From contig JBASWU010000049.1 of assembly GCA_049276635.1 (NCBI GenBank), positions 12,981-76,980 on the forward strand: DNA of 64,000 nucleotides, given 5' to 3'. Below, piece by piece: positions 39,102 through 52,179 of the stretch. The position numbers were made by a program, and so were the translations under genes. The notes under the pieces were generated by a model. The model saw only the letters and a program-made list of their open reading frames with translations. It was not told the DNA's origin and did not search any database. The DNA comes from Solirubrobacterales bacterium (lineage in GTDB: Bacteria > Actinomycetota > Thermoleophilia > Solirubrobacterales > JACPNS01). Within the stretch, counting starts at the first letter, position 1; each line of letters opens with the position of its first letter.

Positions 39102-40241
39102 TCAGTGCCCGACCTCGATAACGCGTCCGGTGGCGCGGCCCGGGTCGTCTCGACCGTCCGGGACGCGGGTCGAGAACTGGTAGAGCGTGGTGTGGCCCGA
39201 TGGCAGGACGTCGTAATGGCCGACCGGGCCAAAGCGATCGATGATCGAGCCGGCGGCGTCGGAAACCGCGGCGCGGTCGACGGCTCCGTGTTCGCCGGCA
39301 CGCGTCAGCGCGTCAAGCGTCAAGCCGATCGCCTCGTAGGCGAAGATCGCGAAGCGGTCGGGTTCGCGATCGTATGTCGCCGCGAAGTCGTCGAGAAAGC
39401 GTGTCCCTGCCGGCGGGAGGTCCTCGCGCCGGAGCGCCGGCGATATCAGCATGGCCGATCGCGGAACGGCCGCCACCGCCGGATCGTCGGTGAGCATGAG
39501 GTATGCCGAGCCGGCGCGCCTGGGGTTCGCCGTGTCACCTGTCCGCGCCGATGGCACGGAATCGACACGCGCCGTCAGGCCCGATCGCTCGCTCGCGCTG
39601 GAAGCGGGCTCGATGCCCGCGCGTATCCCATTGTGTTCGCTATAGGCGACCAGACCGGCCGCCGCCGCTCTGGCGAACGCGCTCGTGCCGACCACGACGC
39701 GAGATTCCGGGCCGGTCGCGTCGTAGGCGCGCTGGTCGGCGTAGGCGCGACCGGCATCGAGGGCCGACGGCAGCAGCCAGATCAGATTGCCGCGGCGCGG
39801 CGCGCGATCCACCGCTTCCGGCCCCGGCCGGACCGAAGGCGCCAGGCTGATCTGGAGCAGGCGCGTGGCGCGCGTCGCCTGGTACGCCTCACGCGTCGCC
39901 GCGTCGGTCAGATCGCCGATGTACGCGACCGAGTTCGGCCTGCCGGCCGCGGCTTTCGCGTTCGCACGCGAAGCGCGAGAGTCCACGACGCGCAGCTCCA
40001 GTTTGACGTCGGGCGTGTCGTAGCCGGCTTCGTCGAGCGCGAGCCGCGCAGCGTCGGCCATGTCTCTCCCCCGCGCCGCGAGCGCTCCGTCGAGCGGAAC
40101 GCTCAAGGTGATGGTCTTGACCGGAAGCGCCGCGTCGTCACCGGCGCCGCAGCCGATCGCGGCGGCCGCGATCGCACAGCACAGCGCCCCAACCGCAACC
40201 GTCGTCGATCTTCTCGTCACGTCCTCCATCGCCGAGCGCAA
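39102..40241 (-). CDS. Type-I periplasmic-binding-fold lipoprotein (Leu/Ile/Val-binding-protein-like)
   Basis: Lipobox AAAIGC. LSVPLDGALAARGRDMADAARLALDEAG, AYIGDL and FLDDFAATYDREPDRFAIFAYEA resemble ABC amino-acid/amide binding proteins. No cognate permease is adjacent. The overlapping plus-strand ORF is R-rich noise. Confidence 0.55.
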   Translation of the reverse strand: MRSAMEDVTRRSTTVAVGALCCAIAAAAIGCGAGDDAALPVKTITLSVPLDGALAARGRDMADAARLALDEAGYDTPDVKLELRVVDSRASRANAKAAAGRPNSVAYIGDLTDAATREAYQATRATRLLQISLAPSVRPGPEAVDRAPRRGNLIWLLPSALDAGRAYADQRAYDATGPESRVVVGTSAFARAAAAGLVAYSEHNGIRAGIEPASSASERSGLTARVDSVPSARTGDTANPRRAGSAYLMLTDDPAVAAVPRSAMLISPALRREDLPPAGTRFLDDFAATYDREPDRFAIFAYEAIGLTLDALTRAGEHGAVDRAAVSDAAGSIIDRFGPVGHYDVLPSGHTTLYQFSTRVPDGRDDPGRATGRVIEVGH

Positions 40242-40331
40242 GCCTACATTCGCCGATGCGTGGAACCGCCGAGCCGCGGGATCGCCCGCGCGGGGAACGG
40301 GAACGCCGAAACGCGTCCGTATACTCGCGCG

Positions 40332-41369
40332 ATGCGAGTCGGGATCCTAACCGCGGGCGGCGACTGCCCCGGCCTCAACGCCGTCATCCGTGCGACCGCG
40401 CGCAAACTGATCGGCGAGGGCCACGAGCCGATCGGCCTGCTGCGCGGGTATCAGGGTCTGGCGGATCGCAACTTCATGCCGCTGGGCCGCAAGGAGGTCG
40501 CCGGAACGATCCAACTGGGCGGGACGATCGTCTCGACCTCGAGCTACAACCCGTTCCGCGAGCCCGATGGCGTCGAAAAGGTCAAGGCCACCGTCGCCGA
40601 GGAAGGCATCGACGCCGTGATCGCGGTCGGCGGCGAGCACACGATGATGATCACGCGACGGCTGTTCGACGAGTGCGGCATCCCCGCGATCGGCGTCCCC
40701 AAGACGATCGACAACGATGTCACGGGCACCGACTTCACCTTCGGCTTCAACACCGCGGTGCAGATCGCCACCGACGCGATCGACCGCCTGCACACGACGG
40801 CGCAGTCACACAACCGCGTGATGATCCTCGAGGTCATGGGCCGCAACACGGGCTGGATCGCGCTGTTCGCCGCGATCGCCGGCGGAGCCGACGGAGTCTT
40901 GATCCCCGAGATCGACCTGACGGTCGAGGAGATCACCGCCTCGGTCAAACAGCGTCACGACAAGGGTTTCAGCTTCTCGATCATCGTCGTCGCCGAGGGC
41001 GCGAACCTCGCCTTCGACAGCGGCGAGAAGCGTCAGGTGCTGGCAACCGAGGCGACCGACCAGTACGGCTATCCGCGGCTCGGCGGGATCGGCTCGGCGC
41101 TCGGCGACGAACTCGAGGCGGCGACCGGGTTCGAGACCCGCGTCACCGTCCTCGGCCACGTCCAGCGTGGCGGCACGCCGACCGCCTACGACCGCCTGCT
41201 GGCCACCGAATACGGACTCAAGGCCGCCGAACTGGCGATCGCCGGCGAGTTCGGCCGCATGGCGGCCTTACGCGGAACGGAGATCGTCTCCGTCCCGCTG
41301 AGCGACGTCACCGGAATCAAGACCGTCAACCTGCACTACCTGGACGTCGCCCGAACCTTCTTCGGCTGA
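40332..41369 (+). CDS. pfkA: 6-phosphofructokinase (PfkA family)
   Basis: MRVGILTAGGDCPGLNAVIR, GVPKTIDNDV, MGRNTGWIA and GHVQRGG motifs. I place the start at ATG 40332; the 754-aa track ORF is an antisense extension over the previous gene. Confidence 0.93.
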   Translation: MRVGILTAGGDCPGLNAVIRATARKLIGEGHEPIGLLRGYQGLADRNFMPLGRKEVAGTIQLGGTIVSTSSYNPFREPDGVEKVKATVAEEGIDAVIAVGGEHTMMITRRLFDECGIPAIGVPKTIDNDVTGTDFTFGFNTAVQIATDAIDRLHTTAQSHNRVMILEVMGRNTGWIALFAAIAGGADGVLIPEIDLTVEEITASVKQRHDKGFSFSIIVVAEGANLAFDSGEKRQVLATEATDQYGYPRLGGIGSALGDELEAATGFETRVTVLGHVQRGGTPTAYDRLLATEYGLKAAELAIAGEFGRMAALRGTEIVSVPLSDVTGIKTVNLHYLDVARTFFG

Positions 41370-41405
41370 CGCCACGCCGATCGGGGTTCTTGCTCGGCCC
41401 GCGGC

Positions 41406-41600
41406 CTACTCGCCGGAGCCGTGGAGGGTTTTTTTGAGCAGCGGAGCGTACGTCGAGATCGCCGCCGCGCCGACGATGATCAGCACCGGGAGCAGGGCGG
41501 CATCGATCGCCTTGGCGCCGATCGCCCATGTAAACAGCCACAGAACGGCGGCGAGAGTGAATGCGACGAGGTTGATCATGCGGCGCGAAGAATACCGCAT
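41406..41600 (-). CDS. Small two-TM membrane protein downstream of trpA
   Basis: 64 aa: MRYSSRRMINLVAFTLAAVLWLFTWAIGAKAIDAALLPVLIIVGAAAISTYAPLLKK. It is the only plausible part of the 225-aa track ORF, whose remainder overlaps trpA. Confidence 0.4.
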   Translation of the reverse strand: MRYSSRRMINLVAFTLAAVLWLFTWAIGAKAIDAALLPVLIIVGAAAISTYAPLLKKTLHGSGE

Positions 41601-41622
41601 GACGCGGCGCACGCGAAACCGC

Positions 41623-42431
41623 TCAGGCGATCGCCTGTGCCATTTCGCGCACGATCGCCTCGACCGCCGGGGCCGGATCCTCGCCGGCGCGAAACCGCTC
41701 ACCGGTCTCGCGGACGAGCCGGGTGCCGACGATCGCGCCGTCGGCGACGTCGGCGACGCGAGAGGCCTGCCGCGCGTCGGAAATCCCGAATCCAACCGCG
41801 ACCGGTAATTCCGTGTGGGCGCGAACACGGCCGACCAGCTCGGCCAGACCTTCGGCCGAAGCCATCCGTTCGCCGGTCGTGCCGAGCACGGAGACGGTGT
41901 AGATGAAACCGCGCGCCTGCGCGCAGATCGCCGCGATGCGGCGATCGGGCGTCGTCGGCGCGACGAGCGGGACCAGCGCGAGACCGTTGGCGTCACAGGC
42001 GGCGAGCAGCTGCGCCGACTCCTCCAGCGGAACGTCGGGGGCGATGATCCCGCTGACACCGATCTCGGCCAGCCGGCCGGCAAAGCGGTCGACGCCCTGC
42101 GCCTCGATCAAGTTGAAGTAGGTCATGACCAATGTCGGCAGCTGCCGGGCGATCGGCTCCGCGGACGCCAGAACCCGGTCGATCACGGCGCCGTTGGCGA
42201 GCGCCTCGACCGCGGCCGCGTGAATCACCGGGCCGTCGGCTAGCGGATCGCTGAACGGAAGACCGAACTCGATCAGGTCGGCGCCGCCGTCGGCGTACGC
42301 CTGCGCGACGCGCGCCGCGTCGGCGACGGTCGGGAACCCGCCCATCAGGTACGGCATCAGCGCGGCGCGGCGACCGTGGCCGGTGAACGCGGCCGCGATG
42401 CGGTCGACGCCGGTCGCCGTCTCGCTGAGCG

Positions 42432-42435
<4 letters not shown>
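41623..42435 (-). CDS. trpA: Tryptophan synthase alpha chain
   Basis: [28 protein letters not shown] and GFGIS motifs. Overlaps trpB by 4 nt. Confidence 0.95.
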
Positions 42436-43666
<1,231 letters not shown>

Positions 43667-43670
<4 letters not shown>

Positions 43671-44416
43671 TTGACCGGCCGCTTCGCGTTTTCGAGCGAG
43701 CTTTCGCTGCCGATTCCGTCGCGGGCGATCGTCAGGACCTCGCCTTCGAGGCCGGTGATCGCCTCGGCCGCGCCCGTGGGGAGCTTGTCGTCGGCGACTC
43801 GCACGGCGGCGAAGAATGCGCGCAGCCGGTCGTGATCCTTTACGCCGGGCTCGGTTTCCACGCCACTGGAGACATCGACGGCAAACGGTTCGACGGCGGC
43901 GATCGCGTCGCCCACGTTCTCGGCGCTGAGTCCTCCCGAGAGCACCAACGGAATGCGGTCGGTGCGCTGATCGAGGATCGACCATTCGAACACTTCGCCC
44001 GTGCCTCCCGGCACGCCGGCCTTGAACGAGTCGAGTAGATGGAAATCCGCGTAGCGGTGCTTGCCCATTTCCGCCAAAATTGACCGGTCGCGAACGCGAA
44101 ACGCCTTGATCACGCGGCAGCCGGTGCGCCGGGCGACCTCCTCGCAATACTGCTGGCCCTCGGCGCCGTGCAGCTGGATCATGCTCAGGCCGACGGTCTC
44201 CGAGACCCGAGTGACCTCGTCAAGCGTCGCGTCGACAAAGACGCCGACCGTTTCAGCGCCGCGACGGTGAGCCGCGACCAGATCGGCGGCCGACCCGGGA
44301 TCGACGTAGCGCGGACTCTTGCGCCACATAATCATGCCCAGAGCCCAAGCGCCGAGCTGAACCGCCAGTTCCGCGTCTTCGGGTCGTCTCAGGCCACAGA
44401 TCTTCACCTTGGTCAT
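43667..44416 (-). CDS. trpF: Phosphoribosylanthranilate isomerase, with a C-terminal extension of about 45 aa
   Basis: [24 protein letters not shown] and [11 protein letters not shown]. The tail ...[43 protein letters not shown] extends beyond the usual TrpF barrel of about 205 aa. Confidence 0.88.
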
Positions 44417-44537
44417 CGCGGAGGTAAGTGTGGCACGGTGACCGACGGGTCCCCCGCAGTTGCGCCGCTCGACGCAATCCGGGAGAGCCCCCGCGGCGCG
44501 AGGACCCCCGGAGATGTGCCCGCCGCCCGTCGGGGTG

Positions 44538-45803
44538 TTATCGGGTGGTCGGGGCCGGCTGGCTGCAGTTGTTTTCCGAGCGCGTGGGCCTGACACCGAG
44601 CTTGGCCTCGAGCTCGCGCTCCTTGCCTTCACGTACGACTTTGATCTTGACTGAATCGCCGGACTTCTTGGCGGTCACGCTGCTGGCAACATCCTCGCTG
44701 TCGTCGACGTCTTTGCCGTCGACCGCGACGATCAGGTCGCCGCCAATCACCGTCTCCTCGCCGTCGATCGTCGCCATGTCGGACCCGGCGCGCAGGCCGG
44801 CCTTGTCGGCCGGTCCGCCCTTGACGACGCAGGCGACCAAGGCGCCCTTGTCCGTGTCGCCGAAGTTGAGGCGCGCCGTCAGTTCGGGTGTGAGCGTCGT
44901 CGTCGTGACGCCGAGATAGGCGTACTCGACCTTGCCGTCCTTCTCGAGATCAGGCAGGATCCGCTTGACCGTGTCGATCGGAACCGCGAAGCCGATCCCG
45001 ACACTGCCCTCGCCGGAGCCGGAGGTCGCGATCTGGCTGTTGATGCCGATCACGCGACCCTCGGCGTCGAGGAGCGGCCCCCCCGAGTTGCCCGGGTTGA
45101 TCGCGGCGTCGGTCTGGATCACGTTGCTGATCGTGAAGCTGTTCGGCGCGGTGATCTGGCGCTGAAGCGCCGAGACGATTCCGGTCGTGACCGTCTGGTC
45201 GAGTCCGAACGGACTGCCGATCGCTACGACCGGGCTCCCGACCTCGAGCTTGGCGGAGTCGCCCAGCGGCAGCGGCGTGAGGTCCACCTCATCGGAGTCG
45301 ACCTTGAGGACCGCGATGTCGTTTGACGGATCGCGGCCGACGATCTTCGCCTTGACGGTCTTTTCGTTGCTGAACTGAACGGTCGGATCGGACTGGTTGT
45401 TGTCGACGACGTGAGCGTTCGTGATGATAAAACCCTTCTTGTCGACGACGACACCGGTGCCCGAGGCGGTGCCCTCCGGGCTCTGGCCGAAAAATTCGCC
45501 GCCGCCGCCGGTGCTCACCCGCGTGCGGATCGAGACCACGCCCGGCGCGGACCGCTTGTAGATCGCGTTGACGGTCTGGACGCTGCCGTCGCCGCCGGCC
45601 GAGGCGTTGCTGACCCCTTGTTGGACGATAACGCGCTCCTCGCTGCCGACGATGCCGGTGACGAGCAGTATGGCGAACGCGACCGCGACGATCGCGCCGC
45701 CGATCACCGCGCCGATCAGAGATGATTTGGTCGCGGAGCCGTGACGGGCGGGGCCGGCGGGCGGACCGGCCGGCTGGGTGGGGTTGGTGTTCATCGTTTC
45801 CAT
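44538..45803 (-). CDS. htrA: HtrA/DegP-family serine protease (TM anchor + trypsin-like domain + PDZ)
   Basis: N-terminal TM (LIGAVIGGAIVAVAFAILLV), His/Asp/Ser triad context (TNAHVV, DIAVLKV, GNSGGPLLD) and a C-terminal PDZ domain. An AAAGGA RBS lies upstream. Confidence 0.9.
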   Translation of the reverse strand: METMNTNPTQPAGPPAGPARHGSATKSSLIGAVIGGAIVAVAFAILLVTGIVGSEERVIVQQGVSNASAGGDGSVQTVNAIYKRSAPGVVSIRTRVSTGGGGEFFGQSPEGTASGTGVVVDKKGFIITNAHVVDNNQSDPTVQFSNEKTVKAKIVGRDPSNDIAVLKVDSDEVDLTPLPLGDSAKLEVGSPVVAIGSPFGLDQTVTTGIVSALQRQITAPNSFTISNVIQTDAAINPGNSGGPLLDAEGRVIGINSQIATSGSGEGSVGIGFAVPIDTVKRILPDLEKDGKVEYAYLGVTTTTLTPELTARLNFGDTDKGALVACVVKGGPADKAGLRAGSDMATIDGEETVIGGDLIVAVDGKDVDDSEDVASSVTAKKSGDSVKIKVVREGKERELEAKLGVRPTRSENNCSQPAPTTR

Positions 45804-45920
45804 GGTCCTTTGTTTAGCAGGACGTCGGCGTGAAGAACACCGCTTGGACGGCGATTTCGCCCCGATTCGGCTGCGCCTAACGGCTACTTAACGCGAAATA
45901 CAGCTGGCGGGCGCTTTGCC

Positions 45921-46730
45921 TCACGATGGCGACGGCGGCAGGTCGTCGTCGATTCGCGTGAACGCTCGGCAGGCCTCTTCGATTTCCGGCGAGCGCATCA
46001 ACGCCTCGCCGATCAGCACGGCGTCGACTCCGGCCGCTTCGAGGCGCTCGATCTGCTGGAGGTTCGAGATGCCCGACTCGGCGACGACGGTTTTGCCGGT
46101 CGGGACGCCTGCGAGCAGCTCGAACGTCGTCTCGGTGTCGATCTCGAAGGTCGCGAGATCACGGTTGTTGATACCGATCACGTCGGCGTCGACCGCGAGC
46201 GCCTGTTCGAGTTCCTGCTCGTTGTGGACCTCGACCAGCGCGTCGAGATCCAGCGACCGGGCCTCGCCGTAGAGCTCACGCAGACGGCTTTCAGACACTG
46301 AGGCGACCACGATCAGGATCGCGTCGGCGCCGTGGGCGGCCGACTCGTAAAGCTGGTACGGGTCGAGATGAAAGTTCTTCGCGAGGATCGGCAGACCGGT
46401 CGCGGCGCGGGCTTCGTCGAGATCGGCGATGCTCCCGCCGAAGTGCTTCTGCTCGGTGAGAATTGAAAGCGCCGCCGCGCCGCCGCGTTCATAGGCCTGG
46501 ACGACCTCGGTGACGTCGGATCCGGCGCGGATCTCGCCGGCGCTCGGCGAGCGGCGCTTGTGTTCGGCGATCACCGAGAGACCGGGACGCACGAGCGCCT
46601 CCGAGAACGGCTTGCCCTCGTGGCTCGACGCGGCGATCAGTTTTTCGAGCTCGGCGACCGGTTTGGACTTCTTGCGTTCGGCCACCTCGTCGCGCGTCGC
46701 CGCTATCAAGCCTTCGATTCTGCTGCCCAA
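45921..46730 (-). CDS. trpC: Indole-3-glycerol-phosphate synthase
   Basis: VIAEHKRRSPSAG, LTEQKHFGG and IGINNRDL motifs. TTG start 8 nt after GGGGAG. Confidence 0.93.
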   Translation of the reverse strand: MGSRIEGLIAATRDEVAERKKSKPVAELEKLIAASSHEGKPFSEALVRPGLSVIAEHKRRSPSAGEIRAGSDVTEVVQAYERGGAAALSILTEQKHFGGSIADLDEARAATGLPILAKNFHLDPYQLYESAAHGADAILIVVASVSESRLRELYGEARSLDLDALVEVHNEQELEQALAVDADVIGINNRDLATFEIDTETTFELLAGVPTGKTVVAESGISNLQQIERLEAAGVDAVLIGEALMRSPEIEEACRAFTRIDDDLPPSPS

Positions 46731-46734
46731 AGTG

Positions 46735-47808
<1,074 letters not shown>

Positions 47809-47844
47809 CGTGACGCGAGTATCGCGTGCTGACGAGAATACGCC

Positions 47845-48435
47845 TTAGCCGGCCGTCACGGCCGGATCGGGCACGCCGAGAAAGTTTGCAAGCATCGATT
47901 TACCTTCGCCGGTGAGGATCGACTCGGGGTGAAACTGAACACCTTCGGCCGGGAGTTCTCGATGGCGCAGGGCCATGATCACGTCCTCCGACGCGGCCGA
48001 AACCTCCAGCGAGTCGGGCAGACCCTCGCGCGCGACGACCAGCGAGTGGTAGCGGCCGACCGTGACGGGGTTAGGCAGCCCGGCGAACAAGGTCCTGCCG
48101 TCGTGTTCGATCCGCGCGGTCTTTCCGTGGACCGGCCGGTGCCGGACGACCGCGCCGCCGAAGACCTGTCCGAGCGACTGGTGGCCAAGGCAGACGCCCA
48201 GCACCGGCGTGCCGGCGGCGGCGAATCGCTCGATCGCCGCCATCGAGATGCCGGCCTCGTCGGGCGTGCAGGGCCCGGGCGAGACGACCACGCGATCCGG
48301 CGTGCGTTCGATCAGTTCGTCGACGGTCGCCTTGTCGTTGCGCACTACGTCGATCTCGCCCCCGAGCTCGCCGAGATACTGCACGAGGTTGTAGGTGAAG
48401 CTGTCGTAGTTGTCGATGATCAAAACCCTCGGCAT
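47845..48435 (-). CDS. trpG: Anthranilate synthase component II (glutamine amidotransferase)
   Basis: [25 protein letters not shown] and FHPES triad motifs. I prefer ATG 48435 (AGGTGAGG RBS) over the track GTG at 48444. Confidence 0.93.
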   Translation of the reverse strand: MPRVLIIDNYDSFTYNLVQYLGELGGEIDVVRNDKATVDELIERTPDRVVVSPGPCTPDEAGISMAAIERFAAAGTPVLGVCLGHQSLGQVFGGAVVRHRPVHGKTARIEHDGRTLFAGLPNPVTVGRYHSLVVAREGLPDSLEVSAASEDVIMALRHRELPAEGVQFHPESILTGEGKSMLANFLGVPDPAVTAG

Positions 48436-48444
48436 CGGCCTCAC

Positions 48445-49953
48445 CTACGCCCATTCCGGCTGCGCGGCGGCGAGTTCCATCGCGTTGAAGACCGCGCGCG
48501 ATTTGGCGTGGGTCTCGGCGACCTCGGTGGCGGCGTCGGAGTCGGCGACGATGCCGCCGCCGGCCTGGATGTGGGCAATGCCGTCCTTGACCACGACGGT
48601 ACGGATCACGATGCAGGTGTCGAGGTCACCGCCGAAACTGACGTAGCCGACGGCGCCGGCGTAAGCGGCGCGTTTGTGCGGTTCGAGTTCGTCGATGATC
48701 TGCATCGCGCGGACCTTTGGCGCGCCGCTGAGCGTGCCGGCCGGCAGACAGGCCCGCAGTAGCTCGATCGCCGTCTCCCCCTCGCGCAGAGTTCCGCTGA
48801 TCGAGCTGACGATGTGCAGCACGTGGCTGAAGGTCTCGACCCTCATCAGGTCGTCGACCTTGACGCTGCCGTACTCGCAAACCCGGCCGAGGTCGTTGCG
48901 ACCGAGGTCCACGAGCATCACGTGTTCGGCACGTTCTTTCTCGTCGGCGAGCAACTCGACGGCCAGCGCGGCGTCGGCCCGCGGGTCCTCGGCGCGCGGC
49001 CGGGTACCGGCGATCGGGCGGTACTCGGCGTGGCGGCCGGTCACTTTGACCAGCGGTTCGGGAGACGCCCCGGCGATGTGAAAGTCGTCGAACTCGAGGT
49101 AGTACATGTAGGGCGAAGGGTTAACCGCGCGAATTCCCCGGTAGATGCTGAAGGGGTCGACCGGGCACGGGCCGCTCCAGCGCTGCGAGGGCACGACCTG
49201 GTAAGCGTCGCCGGCACGGACGTACTCGCGGATCCGCTCGACGGCGTCGGTGTAGCCCTGGTCGCCGATGTTCGACTCGAAGTTCTCGACCGGCGCCGGT
49301 TCGTGCGACTGGCGCGGCAACGGACCGGCGAGCCGCTCGCGGATCTCGCCGATCGTCGCGACCGCGGCGGCGTAGGCAGCGTCGACGTCGGTCGCGTCAT
49401 CGACAAAGGCGTTGGCGATCACGATCACGCGGTGTTTGAAGTGATCGAACGCCACCAGCGCGCCGGTAATCGTCAGGGCCATGTCGGGCAGCCCGACTGG
49501 ATCGGGATTAGGCTCGCCCAGTGGCTCCACATAGCGCACGAGGTCGTAGCCGAAGAGTCCGACGGCGCCGCCGGTAAACGGCGGTAGATCGAGCTCGGGG
49601 AGCGCCGCCGGCACGTACTGGGCGAGATCGTCGGCGACGGCGCGGTAGGGATCGTCGAACTCGGTCGCCCTGCCGTCGATCGTCAGCTCGCCGTCTTTGA
49701 GAGTCAGCAGCGCGCGCGGGCGCACGCCGATGAACGACCAGCGGCCGAAGCGCATGCCCTGTTCGGCCGACTCGAGCAGAAACGCCGGGCCGTCGCCGCG
49801 CAACTTCAGAAATGCCGAAACCGGCGTCTCGCAGTCCTCGATGAAGCTGTAGGAAAGCGGGACGACCGTCTTGCCTTCGGCCGCGAGCGCGCGCACGCGC
49901 TCGATCGACGGTTGAATCCGCTGCGAGACGGCGACTGGCGGTTCGGGACCCAC
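48445..49953 (-). CDS. trpE: Anthranilate synthase component I
   Basis: LLESAEQG, chorismate-binding C-domain motifs (PSPYMYYL, GTLSGAPKVRAM, GGGIVADS). The GTG start is 11 nt after the hisIE stop. Confidence 0.95.
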   Translation of the reverse strand: MGPEPPVAVSQRIQPSIERVRALAAEGKTVVPLSYSFIEDCETPVSAFLKLRGDGPAFLLESAEQGMRFGRWSFIGVRPRALLTLKDGELTIDGRATEFDDPYRAVADDLAQYVPAALPELDLPPFTGGAVGLFGYDLVRYVEPLGEPNPDPVGLPDMALTITGALVAFDHFKHRVIVIANAFVDDATDVDAAYAAAVATIGEIRERLAGPLPRQSHEPAPVENFESNIGDQGYTDAVERIREYVRAGDAYQVVPSQRWSGPCPVDPFSIYRGIRAVNPSPYMYYLEFDDFHIAGASPEPLVKVTGRHAEYRPIAGTRPRAEDPRADAALAVELLADEKERAEHVMLVDLGRNDLGRVCEYGSVKVDDLMRVETFSHVLHIVSSISGTLREGETAIELLRACLPAGTLSGAPKVRAMQIIDELEPHKRAAYAGAVGYVSFGGDLDTCIVIRTVVVKDGIAHIQAGGGIVADSDAATEVAETHAKSRAVFNAMELAAAQPEWA

Positions 49954-49964
49954 GGCCGGGTCGT

Positions 49965-50651
49965 CTACTCGCCGCGCGGTACGGCGCGACGGTTGAGCAC
50001 GTCAAGGGCGTCCCGCAGGGCGAGGCCGCGCTGCGTCATCAGAACCGCGAGGTGGAAGATCACGTCGGCGGCCTCTTCGGCGACGCGTTCGTCGGTCTCC
50101 TCGCGGGCGGCGCGGGTGACCTCTTCGGCCTCCTCGAGAACTTTTTCGGCGATCAGGCCGGGGTCGCGGAGCAGCTCGGCTGTGTACGAACCGGCCGGCA
50201 TCGCCGCACGGCGGGAATCGAGCGTACGCTGCAACTCGCCGAGCGCCTCAAACGACCGGCGAAGCGGCGGGCCGGCGACCGGCCGGCGATCGAACTCGCC
50301 GGGACCGGGCTCGGCGTCAATCGAGCGGTGGAAACAGGACCGCTCGCCGGTGTGGCAGGCCGGTCCGGCGGGTTCGACGATCGCCAGCAGCGCGTCACCA
50401 TCGCAGTCGAGGCGCAGCTCGATCACGCGCTGCGTATTGCCGCTGGTCTCGCCCTTGTGCCAGAGCTCGTCGCGCGACCGACTGTAAAACCAAACCTCGC
50501 CGGAGTCACGCGTGCGGGCGAGCGCATCGGCGTTCATGTACGCGAGCGTCAGAACCTCGCCGGTGGCGCAATCCTGGACGATGCACGGGACCAGCCCCCG
50601 GGCATCGAATTCGATCTCGGACCGGCCTGCCGATGGAACGGAGTCGTTCAC
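49965..50651 (-). CDS. hisIE: Bifunctional phosphoribosyl-AMP cyclohydrolase / phosphoribosyl-ATP pyrophosphatase
   Basis: GLVPCIVQD...[11 protein letters not shown]...CDGDALL...CHTGERSCF (HisI), then LEEAEEV...[13 protein letters not shown] (HisE). I place the start at GTG 50651; the track ORF start (50744) overlaps the upstream amidase. Confidence 0.88.
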   Translation of the reverse strand: MNDSVPSAGRSEIEFDARGLVPCIVQDCATGEVLTLAYMNADALARTRDSGEVWFYSRSRDELWHKGETSGNTQRVIELRLDCDGDALLAIVEPAGPACHTGERSCFHRSIDAEPGPGEFDRRPVAGPPLRRSFEALGELQRTLDSRRAAMPAGSYTAELLRDPGLIAEKVLEEAEEVTRAAREETDERVAEEAADVIFHLAVLMTQRGLALRDALDVLNRRAVPRGE

Positions 50652-50664
50652 GATTTCCGGAAGT

Positions 50665-52113
50665 CTAAGTGAGCGCGGGGCGAATTTCCGTCCACGGCCG
50701 CGCGCGCTCGATCTGGCCGCAGAGCGAGAACAACGCCTCTTCACCAGCCGGACGGCCGATCAGCTGCACGGAAAGCGGCAGACCGTCGCCGGCAAGGCCC
50801 ATCGGCAGCGACACCGCCGGCTGACCCGACAGGTTGGCGATGGCCGTGAACGACGTGAACTCCGCCGCTTTGGCGAACGCCGCCATTCCGGTGTTGGTGT
50901 CGATTTCGCCGATCCTCACCGGTCGCGTGTTGAGCACCGGCGTGAGCACCGCGTCGTAGCCGTAGGTGCTCGCGACGATCACCCGCGTAAAGGCCTGGGC
51001 GGTGGTGTTGGTGTTGATCCAATCGAGCGCGGTGATGCTTTGTGCCAGCTCCCACATCTCCCAGGTCAGCGGCTCGACCAGCTCCTCGGACGGCTCGCGC
51101 CCGGTGACGACCCCCGCGAACGAGGTGAGCGTCGAGATCCAGCCGGCGAAGAGCTTTGTGAACAACATCATCATCTCCGGGTTATCCCACGGGATCGTGG
51201 TTTCTTCGACCTCGTGACCGAGTGATTCGAGCAGCGCCGCCGCATCGCGAACCTGCCGCTCGTGAAGTGGATCTACGGGGAGGTCGAGTGGGGGCTTCAC
51301 CGTGAACCCGATCTTCAGCCTGCCCGGGTCGCGGTCGACCGCCTCGGCGAACGGCGCCGACGGTGGCGGCGCCCAGTTGGCGTCGCCGGGCATGTACCCG
51401 GCCAACAGGTCGAGCGACGCCGCGACGTCGATCACGCTGCGCGAGAGCATGCCCTCGGCGGTCAGCGGACTCTCGCCCAGCAGCGGCGCGGAACTTACGC
51501 GGTTGCGCGATGCCTTGAATCCGACGAGTCCGCAGCAGGCGGCCGGGATCCGCAGCGAACCGCCCCCGTCGTTGCCGTGCGCGATCGGAACGATGCCCGC
51601 CGCCACCGCCGCGGCGGAACCTCCCGACGAACCGCCCGGTGTGCGATCGGTGTCGAACGGATTGCGCGCCGGGCCGAAGCGCAGCGGTTCGGTGACCGGC
51701 ACGATCCCCATCTCGGGAGTCTTGGTCTTGCCGATGATCACGAAACCGGCGTCCTTGAGCCGCGCGACCGCGCTGGAGTCGAAGTCCGGCACGAAATCGC
51801 CAAACAAGTTCGACCCGGCGGTGAAGGGGTAGCCGGCGAGAAAGACGTTGATGTCCTTGATCGCCGTCGGTACGCCGGCGAAGGGTCGCGGGTCGCCTGG
51901 TTTGACGGCGTCGGCGGCGGCGAGCGCGCGCTGCTCATCGATCACGGTGAAGGCGCCCAGCCGTGGCTCCAGAGCGCCGGCGCGCGCCAGCGACAGCTCG
52001 GTCAGTTCACGTGCGCTGACCTCTCCGGACCGGACCGTCGCGGCGAGCTCGTGGGCCGGCTTGAACAGCAGTTGCGCGTCGGTCATCCGGACCGGGAGTA
52101 TTACAGGTGACAC
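50665..52113 (-). CDS. Amidase-signature family amidase (second copy in window)
   Basis: [10 protein letters not shown] and [14 protein letters not shown] motifs. An alternative start at 52086 (MTDAQLLF) is possible. Confidence 0.85.
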   Translation of the reverse strand: MSPVILPVRMTDAQLLFKPAHELAATVRSGEVSARELTELSLARAGALEPRLGAFTVIDEQRALAAADAVKPGDPRPFAGVPTAIKDINVFLAGYPFTAGSNLFGDFVPDFDSSAVARLKDAGFVIIGKTKTPEMGIVPVTEPLRFGPARNPFDTDRTPGGSSGGSAAAVAAGIVPIAHGNDGGGSLRIPAACCGLVGFKASRNRVSSAPLLGESPLTAEGMLSRSVIDVAASLDLLAGYMPGDANWAPPPSAPFAEAVDRDPGRLKIGFTVKPPLDLPVDPLHERQVRDAAALLESLGHEVEETTIPWDNPEMMMLFTKLFAGWISTLTSFAGVVTGREPSEELVEPLTWEMWELAQSITALDWINTNTTAQAFTRVIVASTYGYDAVLTPVLNTRPVRIGEIDTNTGMAAFAKAAEFTSFTAIANLSGQPAVSLPMGLAGDGLPLSVQLIGRPAGEEALFSLCGQIERARPWTEIRPALT

Positions 52114-52179
52114 GACAGAGCACCGCCGCCATATTGGGATCGTTACCGAAGGCTCGCGCTCGGCCGAACGGGAAGGCGA

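Noticed and set aside
41601-42083. Upstream 161 codons of track ORF 41406-42083(-).
   Set aside because: It overlaps trpA in another frame and has R/S/P-rich composition. Only the terminal 64-aa hydrophobic segment after the trpA stop is kept, as a low-confidence gene.
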